From Pelagomonas calceolata (lineage: Eukaryota): 64,000 nucleotides of DNA. The notes beneath the pieces are model-generated. The model was not told the DNA's origin. It did no database searches and saw only the letters and a list, made by a program, of their open reading frames with translations. Of the stretch, positions 41,349-52,452 are shown piece after piece. A program made the position numbers and the translations under genes. Location of the stretch: NCBI GenBank assembly GCA_918797485.1, contig CAKKNE010000002.1:3410001-3474000 (forward strand). The letters run 5' to 3'. Numbering within the stretch: position 1 is the stretch's first letter; every line of letters starts with the position of its first letter.

Positions 41349-42974
41349 ATGCTGGGCCTCTTCGGAAAAAAAAAGGAGCCCGAGACGCTCCTCAAGAAGG
41401 AAAAGGACCGGTACGGCGGCTCGGGCTTCGACCCGACGGGCCTCGAGCGCGCGGCCAAGGCCGCGCGCGAGATCGACGCGTCGGCGCACGCGCGCCTGGC
41501 GTTCGACGTGATCCAGGCGCGCGAGGCGACGAAGCGCCTGGAGCACGGCACGCGCCAGGCGGCCTACGAGATGCGGGCGCGCGAGTACGAGATGCAGTCG
41601 GTCGGGAAGGAGGGCGCCGAGGCGCGGCAGACGCTCGCCGCGCAGACGGACCACGCGAACCGCCAGGCCGAGTACGCGGACCAGCTGGAGCGGCGGCGCT
41701 ACGCGGCGAACCTCGGGGCCCAGCGCGACGCGCGCGCGGCGGAGCTCCAGCGCCACGAGGCGTCGCTCGCGCGCCAGGAGGAGCTCCGGCGGCGGACGCT
41801 GCGCTACGAGGCGGAGCTGCGCGAGAAGACGGAGCTGAAGCGGGCCGAGGCCGAGGCGACGGCGCGCGCGCGCGCGGAGCGCGAGACGCACGACCTGAGC
41901 CTGGCGCGCATGCGCGCCGAGGCCGCCGAGCGGCGCGAGACGCTGCTCCGGTCCATCGGCGTGTCGTTCGAGACGGCCGGCGCCGGGCTGCGGGCGTTCC
42001 TGGGGGACCGCGAGCAGATGGCGCGCGCCGTCGGCATCGCGTCCGCGCTGGCGCTCGGCGTCTACGGCGCGCGCGCGGCGGCGCGCGTCGCCGGCGACCA
42101 CGCGGCGGCGCGCCTCGGCCGCCCGTCGCTGGTGCGCGAGACGTCGCGGGCCAGCCCGCTCGACGCGCTGCGGCCGGCGGGCTGGCGGCGGCTCCTGGCG
42201 CCCGCCGAGGCGGGCGGCGCGCTCGACGGCGTCGTGCTCGAGCCCGCGCTGGAGAAGCGGCTGGGCCACGTCGCCGCCGCGACGAAGAACACGCGCGCGA
42301 ACGCGGCGCCCTTCCGCCACGTGCTCCTGCACGGCCCGCCGGGCACGGGCAAGACGCTCTTCGCGAAGAAGCTCGCGCGCGCGTCGGGCCTCGACTACGC
42401 CATCCTCACGGGCGGCGACGTCGCGCCCCTGGGGCGCGACGCCGTGACCGAGATCCACCGCCTCTTCGACTGGGCGGCGACGTCGCGCCGGGGCCTGCTG
42501 CTCTTCATCGACGAGGCCGACGCGTTCCTCCGGAGCCGGCGCGAGGCGACGAGCGAGGACCTGCGCAACGCCTTCAACGCCTTCCTCTACCGCACGGGCG
42601 AGCCGAGCCGCGACGTCATGCTCGTCTACGCCTCGAACGCGGCCGAGGACTTCGACTGGGCGGTCAACGACCGCATCGACGAGATGGTCCGCTTCTCGCT
42701 GCCCGGCCGGGCCGAGCGCGCGCGCATGCTGCGCCAGTACCTGGACGAGTACTTCGGCGCCGGGGACATCGCGGACGCAAAGCTGGACGGCGCGGTCGCG
42801 GCGACGGAGGGCTTCTCGGGCCGCGAGATCAACAAGCTGGTGGTCGCGTGGAAGGCCGCAGCCAGCGCGGGCGCGGGCGGCGCGCTCGACGACGCGACGC
42901 GCGCCGAGGTCCTCGACGCGCACGTGGAGCAGCGCGCCGTGAAGAGCGGCTGGAACGCGCTCGCCGCCGCCTAG
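41349..42974 (+). CDS. ATAD3: ATPase family AAA domain-containing protein 3
   Basis: FDPTGLERAAKA, LGRPSLVRETSR, GPPGTGKT, TGGDVAPLG, FIDEADAFL, FLYRTG, DRIDE. Confidence 0.94.
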   Translation: MLGLFGKKKEPETLLKKEKDRYGGSGFDPTGLERAAKAAREIDASAHARLAFDVIQAREATKRLEHGTRQAAYEMRAREYEMQSVGKEGAEARQTLAAQTDHANRQAEYADQLERRRYAANLGAQRDARAAELQRHEASLARQEELRRRTLRYEAELREKTELKRAEAEATARARAERETHDLSLARMRAEAAERRETLLRSIGVSFETAGAGLRAFLGDREQMARAVGIASALALGVYGARAAARVAGDHAAARLGRPSLVRETSRASPLDALRPAGWRRLLAPAEAGGALDGVVLEPALEKRLGHVAAATKNTRANAAPFRHVLLHGPPGTGKTLFAKKLARASGLDYAILTGGDVAPLGRDAVTEIHRLFDWAATSRRGLLLFIDEADAFLRSRREATSEDLRNAFNAFLYRTGEPSRDVMLVYASNAAEDFDWAVNDRIDEMVRFSLPGRAERARMLRQYLDEYFGAGDIADAKLDGAVAATEGFSGREINKLVVAWKAAASAGAGGALDDATRAEVLDAHVEQRAVKSGWNALAAA

Positions 42975-43156
42975 GTAGGGCGTCGTCGTCCCTTCCCTCG
43001 TGGAACTTGCGTGAAGGTATGCATTTCTACCCAGCGAGACCGCGAAGAACGCGGTCGCCTCCCGGGCCGCGCTCGGTGGACGTCCAGCCTTCCCCGCCTC
43101 CCTCCTCGTAACGCACGCGAGGTATGTCTCCCTAACTTGCGAGAAGTACTTACTAC

Positions 43157-43921
43157 CTAGAACGCGAGCTCGGGCATCGGCGGCTTGGGGATCGCGCTCG
43201 TCTTGGTCTTGACGACCTCGTCGATGATGCCGTAGGCGACGGCCTCCTCGGGCGTCATGAAGAAGTCGCGGTCGCAGTCGTCCTCGACCTTGGCGACGGG
43301 CTGGCCCGTGTACTCGGCGATGAAGGTGTTGAGCTGCTGGCGCACGAAGAGGATCTCCTTGGCCTGGATCTCGACGTCGGCCGCCTGGCCCTGCGCCCCG
43401 CCCAGCGGCTGGTGGATCATGATGCGCGCGTTCGGCAGCGACCGGCGCTTGCCCGGCGCGCCCGCGCCCAGCAGGAAGGCGCCCATGGACGCGGCCGTGC
43501 CGAAGCAGACCGTCGACACGTCGCAGGGCACGAACTGCATCGTGTCGTAGATGGCCATGCCCGCGCTCACGGAGCCGCCCGGGCTGTTGATGTAGAGCGT
43601 GATGTCCTTCGTCGGGTCCTCGTTCGCGAGGTAGAGGAGCTGCGCGACGAGCACGTTCGCGACGTCGTCGTCGACGCCCTGGCCCAGCAGGAGGATGCGG
43701 TCCCGCAGCAGCCGCGAGATGACATCCATCTGCCCGTCCTGCGTGTCGACGACCGGCATGCGCACGGGCGGGATCGGCCGGCTCGGGTCCGGGTCCTTGC
43801 GCCGCGGGTCGACCTCGGGCGCCGGCTCCTCGGGCGCCATGCGCGGCGCCAGGCGCGTCGGCCCGGGGACGAGCGCGCTGACGCACAGCGCGCACGCCGC
43901 GAGTGCAAGTCCTCGTCGCAT
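43157..43921 (-). CDS. clpP: Clp protease proteolytic subunit, probably plastid-targeted
   Basis: [15 protein letters not shown] (Ser), IMIHQP (His), DRDFFM (Asp); N-terminal signal peptide. Confidence 0.95.
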   Translation of the reverse strand: MRRGLALAACALCVSALVPGPTRLAPRMAPEEPAPEVDPRRKDPDPSRPIPPVRMPVVDTQDGQMDVISRLLRDRILLLGQGVDDDVANVLVAQLLYLANEDPTKDITLYINSPGGSVSAGMAIYDTMQFVPCDVSTVCFGTAASMGAFLLGAGAPGKRRSLPNARIMIHQPLGGAQGQAADVEIQAKEILFVRQQLNTFIAEYTGQPVAKVEDDCDRDFFMTPEEAVAYGIIDEVVKTKTSAIPKPPMPELAF

Positions 43922-44246
43922 GGTCTGCTGCACGCTGCTACGTGTTGTATAGAGAAACTCGCGTTGCTACGTGCAATTAATCCCCACCAGCGTCGCTAGA
44001 GTATGCTAATGCGGGTGTAGTTTGCAAGCAAGCGAGGAGCTCGGTGTCACCTAAGCAGGAGGCCTTAAGGCCCGAGAGCCGGCTGTAGCCCCGGCGGGGC
44101 AAGACACAGATATAGTACAGTCTTAAAACACAGCACTAACAAACAAGCTTCGCCGCCGACTCGACTATCCTGTGCGCGTTTGGCAGACGACCACACGACG
44201 GACGGCGAGCAGCCGTCGACTCCATCGCTTGATCGACCGCTGCTCG

Positions 44247-44549
44247 ATGTACGCGCGCGCGCTCGCGCACACGCTGTCCCGCCAGGCGCGGCCGCGCCGC
44301 GGCCCCCGGCGCGGCCTGAGCGCGCCGGGCGGCGGCGCGGCGCAGCAACGCAACAACGTCCTGCTCGCCGGCGCGCTCTTCGCGTTCACGGGCGGCGTCT
44401 ACTACACCGCGATGGGCAAGATGCGCGCGACCGACGAGCTCGGGGAGCTCGAGGCCTTGGAAAACAAGGTGAACGTGCACGAGAGTGGTCTAAAGATCAC
44501 ACGGCCGCGGAGCGTCCACGACGTGCTCCAGCCCCGGAAGGAGGACTAG
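44247..44549 (+). CDS. Small single-TM protein with mitochondrial-type presequence (possibly Coa3-like)
   Basis: Arg-rich N-terminus, NVLLAGALFAFTGGVYY TM segment, acidic helix; the family call is weak. Confidence 0.55.
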   Translation: MYARALAHTLSRQARPRRGPRRGLSAPGGGAAQQRNNVLLAGALFAFTGGVYYTAMGKMRATDELGELEALENKVNVHESGLKITRPRSVHDVLQPRKED

Positions 44550-45428
44550 CGGGCGGCCCGCCCGCCGCGATCGCCGTATGTAAATGACCTATTTGTGCTT
44601 GGATTGAGACGGCAGCCCCCCTCCCCTCCCCCTTCCTTCCTCGGCCGGCGAGCCTCGCTCGGTGATACTGGTGTGGGAGAGTTAGTAGAGGGGCGGGGGT
44701 TAGCGTGCGGGTTGTGCGCGCTGGGTGGATTCCCTAGTGGGGGTCTAGTGGGCTAAGGACGCAGTACTCGCCGTAGAGTACTCGGAATAACTACATTACA
44801 GACAAGCGGACGACGGTAGGTCGTGGCGGTCGACGGGCGCGGCGGTCGCGCAGACGAAGAAACAAGCTACCGTCCATCGACAGTTGTGCCCCGCTGGTCC
44901 GAACCCACCTCCACGACGCGCCCATCCCTTCCCCCAGCATATATCATATGCGCGCGAACGAGGCGTGTCCCAGATTTGACTGCCGGAACAGAGCATCTGA
45001 TGCACCCTAAAGACAGGCGATTCGAAACTGAGCTAGTTATAACCCACTAGCCCCAGTTGCCTCTAGCCAGGAGCTCTGTATCTAGTACCTCTTGCTCCTA
45101 GGCCTATGGCGAACCTCGCAGGGCATCGCAGGGCCCGGCGCCGCGGTGAAACAACACCCGGGCCCCGTCGCCAATCCCTAGAGTACGCCGCGGCGACACA
45201 CTCGGGGTCCGAGCTAGAGGGGCTAGCACAATAAGCGACTCTCTCTCTCGCGCGCGGACCCCTAGGCTAGTCGCTCCCGCTCCTCCGGGACCCATCCGTC
45301 GGGCTAGGACAGAGTAAGGTGGTTACGTTAGAGGCGGGTTTCTCTAGCATCGACCCCTAAGTAGCGTACCGCATGCGGTACATTAGTCGGTGACATGTCT
45401 AGGCGCCTGTCGACGCAGGTCTAAGGGC

Positions 45429-46229
45429 CTAACCCGGCAGCTTAGTCACGGGCGCGCTGTACTGTGGCACGAGGGCGGCGCCCTCGGTCCGCATATTCTT
45501 CTGACGAAGCCGGTCCAGGACCGCCACGTCCCGGACCTCGCGCGCCGGCCGCCGGGAGAGGGCGGCGGGCGCCGTCAGTGGCCGCGCGCGGGACCGCGGG
45601 CGGCGCGCGGTGGGCGACCCCGGCGCCGCCGCGCGCCGCCCGGGCGCGGCGCCGGGCGACGCGGCGCCCGCCGCCGCGCCCCCCGCGTCCGCCTCGCCCG
45701 CCGCCGCCTCCGCCGCGCCGGAGTGGCGCATCGTGTTCGCCAGAAAGCGCGCGTAGGCGACCGTCCCGTCCTTGCGCGGTTTGAGCTGCTCCGCCAGGGC
45801 CTTGGCTTCCGCGGGCGCGCAGCGGCCCCTGCCGAGGTTGACGAGGGCGTGGATTAGCTGGGCGTGCTCCATGCGCCCGTTGCGCGGCGCGCGCGGCCCG
45901 GCCAGCAGCCGGAAGCACCGCAGCACCTCGTTGGGCGAGTGGCGGCACGGCGGCAGCGCGAGCATGACCTCGGCGAACTCCTCGCGGTCGATCTCGCCGG
46001 AGCCGTCGGCGTCGGCCTCGCGCATGACCTCCGAGATCTCCTCGGGCGACACGTCGACGCCGACGAGCGCGAAGAGCTCCTCGAGCTCGTCCTCGTCGAT
46101 CTCGCCCGACCCGTCCGTGTCCACCAGGTTGAACAGGGCCTCGACCTCCTCCCGCTGGGCCTTGGTGATCGTGTTCGTCGTCTGCGTGGTGGCCGTGAGT
46201 TGCGTAAGCTGCGAGAGGTCGTCCGCCAT
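45429..46229 (-). CDS. Calmodulin/centrin-like EF-hand protein
   Basis: DTDGSGEIDEDE and DADGSGEIDREE canonical loops plus two degenerate hands. Confidence 0.87.
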   Translation of the reverse strand: MADDLSQLTQLTATTQTTNTITKAQREEVEALFNLVDTDGSGEIDEDELEELFALVGVDVSPEEISEVMREADADGSGEIDREEFAEVMLALPPCRHSPNEVLRCFRLLAGPRAPRNGRMEHAQLIHALVNLGRGRCAPAEAKALAEQLKPRKDGTVAYARFLANTMRHSGAAEAAAGEADAGGAAAGAASPGAAPGRRAAAPGSPTARRPRSRARPLTAPAALSRRPAREVRDVAVLDRLRQKNMRTEGAALVPQYSAPVTKLPG

Positions 46230-47300
46230 TTTCGCTACTGCAGTGTGCCGTGCGTTGGGGCTGCTCCTGTGTGCGCTTTTAAATTGGGCCTTTGCCGCGG
46301 TACCTTATGCAACGGAATGGAGAGTCGAGCGGCGCTCTCGTGAGCCGCGGCCGCGGTGAGCCCCTTGCCAACCTCGGTCCTAATAGTTTCGCTTGAGTGT
46401 ACGCGATAATAATATTTTGGCCCCCGGTATATCGTATTACAAGTGGTAGAGATACTAAGGAAACCTACTAGCCCTTCCTACCCTAGATATGTATCTCCCA
46501 CTCTCTAAGTTTGAGTCTATACAGCGAGTGTCTCTGACGCTACGGTGTAACAACAATTTCCTATAAAACACTCTCGTAGTTAGGTTGGCCCAGCCCTCGG
46601 CTGGTGAGCTAGCCTGAGGACCCTGCTACCTTACATGACGCTGCGACATACTCTTGCTACCTACCGTAGGTACGGTACTATACTTACATATATATACTAT
46701 ACTATACCGTAGGTACTTACGTATATATAAGGTTAGTTCCTCTTGGCGCTGGGCTTGAGGAGTACTCGCCCCGGGCTAGGCTCCTGCGGTTGCGTAGGTC
46801 CATAGGATAGGATAGGTATAAATGTATCTACAAAAGCTAAAAAAGGGACATACACCAAGCCTCGGAAGGCCTTCTCCCTGCGCGGCCAGGATATGCCGGC
46901 GCTTTAAACAAGGGACGTCACGGTCGGAAAACTGCAAAGCAAGTTCTCAGTCTCCTGCCAGCCTGAGTGGGGCATCATCCCCGGGCCCACGAGTAAGGCC
47001 AAACACTCCGCGTTCGACATATATCGCGCGTCTCGGGTAGGATGGTTCCTAGTCTCTGGAAGAAAACGCTTCCGACGTCATCCAATAGATAAACGGGTGT
47101 AAAAGATGCACACGAGACGGCGCTCACACGTCACGGTGCCCCAGCAGCCTACGGACTTATAGGTTGCACACATCGAGAGCGCGCTCTCGATGTGTGCAAA
47201 GCTCGCGGGAGCTCGCGCTCGCGAAACGAAAGGCCCGGACAGGCCCGGTGGAATTGTTTGGTCGACTAATACTACGCACCCCCCCCCGGGGGGCTCGGAC

Positions 47301-50054
47301 TCAGTCGTCGCCCCAGCCCGAGTCGCGCGGGTCGAGGCGGTCCGCGGCGTCGTCGTCGCCGTCGCCGTCGACGGCCGCGCGCTGGCGGCGCGCCCTCGCC
47401 AGGACGTGGTCGACGTTCGGGAGGTCGTCCTCGGGCGGGTGTTGCGGCGGCCGCGGTTGACAGGTGGGCGGCGCGCCGGCGGGCGGCGTCGGCCGGAGCG
47501 CCGCCCGGAGGTCGGACGCCGACCGCCGGCGCGCGCGCGCGGCGGCGCGCCGGTCCGCCTCGCGGCGCCGAGCGCGGCGGGCGCGCCGCTGCGCGTCGCG
47601 GCTCTCGCAGAGCGCTCGCAGGAAGTCCCGCAGCGTCGCGTAGATGGAGTCCAGGGGCTCGCGCGCGCCGCACGCAAAGTAGGTCCGGATCTCGCGCGCC
47701 TGCACGAGCAGCGGCGCCAGCGCCTGCGTCTCCGTGGCGAGGCACTGGCGCCGCGCGCGCTCGTGCAGCTCGAGGAGCCGCCGCCGCTCCGCGTCGCGCG
47801 TCGACGCCGGCCACGCCCGCGGGCACTCATCGGCGGTCGTCGCGCGCGCGTCGCCGAGGAAGAAGGCGGCGTGGCTCCGCGCGACGACGCGCGGCGGCAG
47901 CGACGCGCCGGCGTCGTCGACGGGCGCGAACTCGCGCGCCGCCTCGCGCGCCTCGCGCTCGAGCCGCGCGAGGCCCTGGCCCCGGAACTTGCGCAGCTCC
48001 CCCTGGATGGCGTGCTCGTCCGCGCCGCGCGCCGCCTCGAGCGCCGCCAGGATGCCGTCGCGCTCGGGGAAGTCCAGCAGGTCGTCGGCGTACGGGTCCC
48101 GCAGCGTCTCGGCGACGAACGAGGCCGCCGCCGACGGCCGCCGGCCGCCGCCCCACGTGTGGCGCCGGTGCCGGCCGCCGTCGTCGTCGCCGTCGTCCGC
48201 CGCGAACGCCGCCGGGGCGCCCCGCGGCGACTGCTCCCCGGGGCCCGCGTCCGCGCGCCGGCTCCGGCGCTCGGCGCGGTCGAGGATCAGGCCCACGACG
48301 CCGTCCAGGAGCGTCGTCTTGCCGTCGGCGCCCCGCGTCCGCGCCGCGGCGAGGAGCGAGGCGAGCTTGACGGCCGACGCGCCGCCCTTGCTGCTGCCCG
48401 CGTTCACGGCGTTGCCCGCGGCGAGCACGTGCCGCAGCAGCTTCGCGAGGCTGCGGCTGCGCATGACCTTGGCGGCGCAGTCGGCGTAGGCGTCCGCGCG
48501 CGCCGCGACGGCCGCGAGCGCGGGCCCCGCCGAGAGCGCCGTCACGAGCGCGTCGAGCCGCCGCGCCGCCGCGCCGTCGCCCGCGCCGCCGTCGAGCGTG
48601 GCGCCCTTGCGCGCGTCCGGCGCCGCGAAGCGCCGCAGCTGCCGCTCGCACTCGCCCACGGCGAACACGAACTTCTCGGCGGGCGCGAGGCGCTCCACGA
48701 CAAAGGCCGTGCGCAGCCGCGCGAGGCGGTCGCCGCGCGCGTCCTTCTGGACCTCGCGGAACACCTCGGCGGCGCCGTGGGGCCGCACGGCCACGTCCTC
48801 GCAGACGCGGCGCTCCCACGCCGACGCCAGCGCCCCGGGCACCGTGCGCTCCGCGCGGCTCGGCTCGCGCGGGTCGCCGCCGCGCGCGCGCTTCTCGACC
48901 TCCGCGTCGAGGCGCCGCAGCTCCTCCGGCGACGCCGCCGCCAGCCCGTCACGCACGGCGGCGTGCACGCGCCGCTGCTCCTCCAGCGTCGGCATGGCGC
49001 CGCGCAGCGTCTCGAGCTGCTCCACCGACGCGCGCGGCGGCGCCGCGGCGAGCCGCGCGACGCCGCAGGCCAGCGCCGCGAAGCTCCCCTCGAAGGCGCG
49101 CGCGAGCGGCGCCACGACGATGGCCAGGTTCTGCGACCGCTGCGGGTCCAGCACGCGCGCGTTGGCCACGGGCCGCCCGTCGAGCGTGATCGCGCCGGCG
49201 TCGCCCTCGGCGCCGCCGGCGCCCTCGGCCCGCGCGCGCGCGGGCCGCCGCGCGGCGTCGTGGCTGAACAGCGTCGCGAGGCGGCCCATGTCGCTCTCGC
49301 CGAAGGTCGTGAAGCCCAGCCGCGCGCCCACCTCACTCTCGCCGTCCGAGTCGTCCTCGAGCCCGCCGAACGCGTCCGCGGCCCAGACGCTCGCCGACAT
49401 GGCGCCGTCGTCGAGCGTCATGGCGTCCCAGTGCAGCTTCGCGCGCTTGGCGCCCGGCGTCGCCGCGGCCGCGGGCTCCTCGACGACCTCGAGGCCGAAC
49501 TCGCGCGAGAACGCCGCGATGGCCCGCGCGTCGACCTGGTCGAGGCCCATGCGCTGGCGCACGGACGCCGGCGGCACGCCCAGCTTGCACATCTTGCGGT
49601 AGCGCGCCAGGACGCCGCCGAAGTCGTCGCCGTCCGCGCCCGCCGCCGCCGCCGCCGCGGGCGGCGCCTCCGCCGCCGCCGCGCCGCCGCCGCCGCCGCC
49701 GCCGCCGCCCTGGCCCTGGCGCCGCTGGATCGCGGCCAGGACCGCCGCGCGCGGGTCCGGCTTCGCCGCGGCCGGCGGCGCCGCGGCCGGCGGCGGCGGC
49801 GGCGGCGCCGCCGCCGCCGCCGGGGCCGGCGCCGCGGCCGGCGCCGGCGGCGCCTCGGCCGGCGCCGGCGCCCCGTCGTCACGGCGGCCGCGCGACGCGA
49901 CGATCGACCGCAGGCTCGCGACGATGCGGTCCGTCGTCGCGGGCGGTACGCCGGCGGCGCGCATCTCGGCGACGATCTCGTCGAGCGTCGCGCCCGTCTG
50001 GAGCAGGCGCTTGAAGACGGCGTAGTTCCGGTCGTCGCGCGCGTCGGGCGGCCG

Positions 50055-50085
<31 letters not shown>

Positions 50086-51687
50086 GCCGCCGCCGCCGCC
50101 GCCTCGGCGACCGCCGCGTGCGCGGCCGCGGCCGGCGCCGGCGCCGCCGGCGCCGCGGGCGCCGGCGCGGGCTCCGGCGCCGCGCGCCGCGCGCGCGGGG
50201 ACCGGTCGCCGCCGCCGCCGTCGCCGGCGCCGCCGTCGCCCGTGACCGTCGCCGCGAGCGCCGCCGTGCCCCAGAGCTCGGCGCCCGAGAGCTCGGCCGC
50301 GCGCTGGGCCTCGGCCGGCGCCGCGACGAGGACGGCGCGCGGCGCGGCCCGCGCCGCGGCGGCGAGGTCCGCGGCGCGCGCGCCCGGCCGCAGGTAGTTG
50401 AGCAGGAGCTTGCCGTCGGCCGCCCAGTCGCCGAAGAGCCGCGCCAGCGCCGGCGCCGGCGCGGCCGCGGGCACGGGCTCGTAGTCGAGCCCGACGAGCA
50501 CGTCGCCCGGCCGCAGGCCCGTCGCGCGCGCCGCCTTGGGCACGCGCGTTGCGACGAAGTAGCCGTCGTAGACGTCGCCCGTGTCGGCCACGCGGCGCCA
50601 CTCGACGCCGGCGGCCGCGCTGCGGAAGCCCGCGACGGCGTAGGCCACGCCCTGCTGCCGGGCGAGCTTCGGGCGCCAGAGGCACGCGTCGACCGGGCTC
50701 AGCATGTAGCGCGGGTTGCCCCGCAGCAGCGCCATCAGCTCGCCCGCGTCGAGCTTCGGGGGCAGCGCGCGCGCGTTCAGCGAGAGGAGCACGTCGCCGA
50801 CCGCGACGCCCGCGCGCCGCGCCGTCGGCGCCGCGCGCGCGACGACGACCCGCAGGCCGCGGTCGTCGTTCGCCAGGGCCATCTCGCCGCCCAGCACGCC
50901 CGGCCCGAGCGAGCACTCGACGCGCGCCGCGAGGCCGTTCGCCGCGACGACGCCGACCGGCTCCGCCTCCGCGGGCGCGGCCGCGGCCCGCGGCGCCGCG
51001 GCCGGCGCCGGGCGGGGGGGCGCTGCGGCCGCCGGCGCGGCCGGCGCCGGCGCCGGCGTCGGCGTCGCGGCCGCGGCGCGGAACCGCGCCTCGAGCGCCT
51101 TGGCCTCGGCCGCGCCGACGCGCGCCGCGTCGCGCAGCGCCCCGAAGCGCCCGCCGTCGACCGTGAGCACGAAGCGCGACGCCTCGCGCACGGCCGCCGC
51201 GTCGCCCTCGCCGCTCTCGGCGGGCTCGGGCGCGAAGACGCGCTCCTCGACGCCGAAGCGGCGGCCGCCGTGCTCGAACCTGCGCGCGCGTCCGGGTGGG
51301 GGGGGGGTGGCGTGCTACGCCGGGGGACGCCGGGGCGCCGTACGCGTGCGCGAAGAGGGGCGCGTCGGCGCCGCCCGCGCCGCCGCCGTGCTCGCGGAGG
51401 CCGAGGCCGCCGCTGTGCACGAGGCAGCCGTCCGCGAAGACCTCGCGCTTGCGCGACTTGCGCGACGCCGTGCACGTGACCTCGTAGGCGCGGCCGCCGG
51501 GGCCGAAGCGCAGGCACCACGTCGCGCGCAGCTTGGTCGTCGGCTGGAGGCGCCCGACGAACGCGCAGCGCTTGCCGACGCGCAGCGGCGGCGCGTGGCG
51601 CATGCGCGCCTGGTCCTGGGCCGTCAGTGGCGGGCCGTAGTCGTGGACCGGGCGCCGCGCGCCGCCGCTCCGCCGGTACGCCGGCAT
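47301..51687 (-). CDS. Multidomain formin (2 PDZ-like, poly-Pro, WH2-like, CCDC53-like motif, FH2); intron 51343..51280
   Basis: FH2 motifs AKLHWD, LDPQRSQNLAI, LAAGNAVN, KLASL, GKTTLLD; ATG 51687 joins in frame through a 64-nt GT-AG phase-2 intron (1440 aa). Confidence 0.8.
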
Positions 51688-52452
51688 TGGCGCGGCGCGG
51701 GCGCGGCGACGTGCGTCGCGCGCGCCGGCGGCGGGGGCAGCCTTCGTTCGCCCGGCCCGGCCGCCGCCGAGAGCTCGCGGCGCCGCGGCTCCAGCTAGCA
51801 CGCGCCCCTGCCGCGCATATATTCGCGGGGGCTCCCTGTGGCCGGTTGCTAGTGGCTCACGCCGCTAGCCCATGTACGGCGGGCGTACCCCCCGAAAGAC
51901 TCATCACCTACTCGACCGGCCCAAGCTTGTCCACGGCGCGCGGGTTCCCCCGCCTTCAGGGCCGCATGGAAGCACATTCGTATAACATTCGTACACCGGA
52001 AAACGACAGTCGGATAAATGTATGCGAGTTGTCGCAGCGCGGGGCGCGTAGGCTCAAGTTTCGTTTCCCTGGCATCAGTCCCGATCGCGCGGTCGCTCCG
52101 AGGGGGGCGCTCACTACTCTATTGAAAATCCGTTGTACCGTTATCTTATTGCTATTTCGAAGCTCCGGTTGGGTATCCTGACTGAGCACTGAGAAGGTTC
52201 TTAGGAGCTTGTTCCTATTTGTAGGTCTTCCTTAATTTATTTGTTTGCTTTCTTACGAGCTACTCAGGCTAAGGCCGCCTAGCTACTTGACAGTGTTTGT
52301 TTATTTATTTATTTATCTAGCCTGAGGGTACAGAAGGCCTCTAGAGGCTTGGTGTATGTCCTTTTCCTTTAGGATATTCCTTCCTTAATTATTTATTTAT
52401 TTATTTCTTCTTTATCTAGAGTACAGGTTCCTTTCCTTTTAGCGGGGCGCCC

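Noticed and set aside
43157..43921. Bacterial contamination or recent HGT suggested by clpP, ctpA and the CorC-type gene
   Set aside because: ClpP and CtpA carry eukaryotic targeting peptides and host-like codon usage, the CorC-type gene has an introner intron, and neighbours are eukaryotic; consistent with organelle-targeted nuclear genes.
47190..51479. 1429-aa plus-strand ORF and many other long Arg/Ala/Gly-rich ORFs (e.g. 41127-43895, 26157-28196, 110-1189)
   Set aside because: Shadow frames of GC-rich genes; no motifs, and they overlap well-supported genes.
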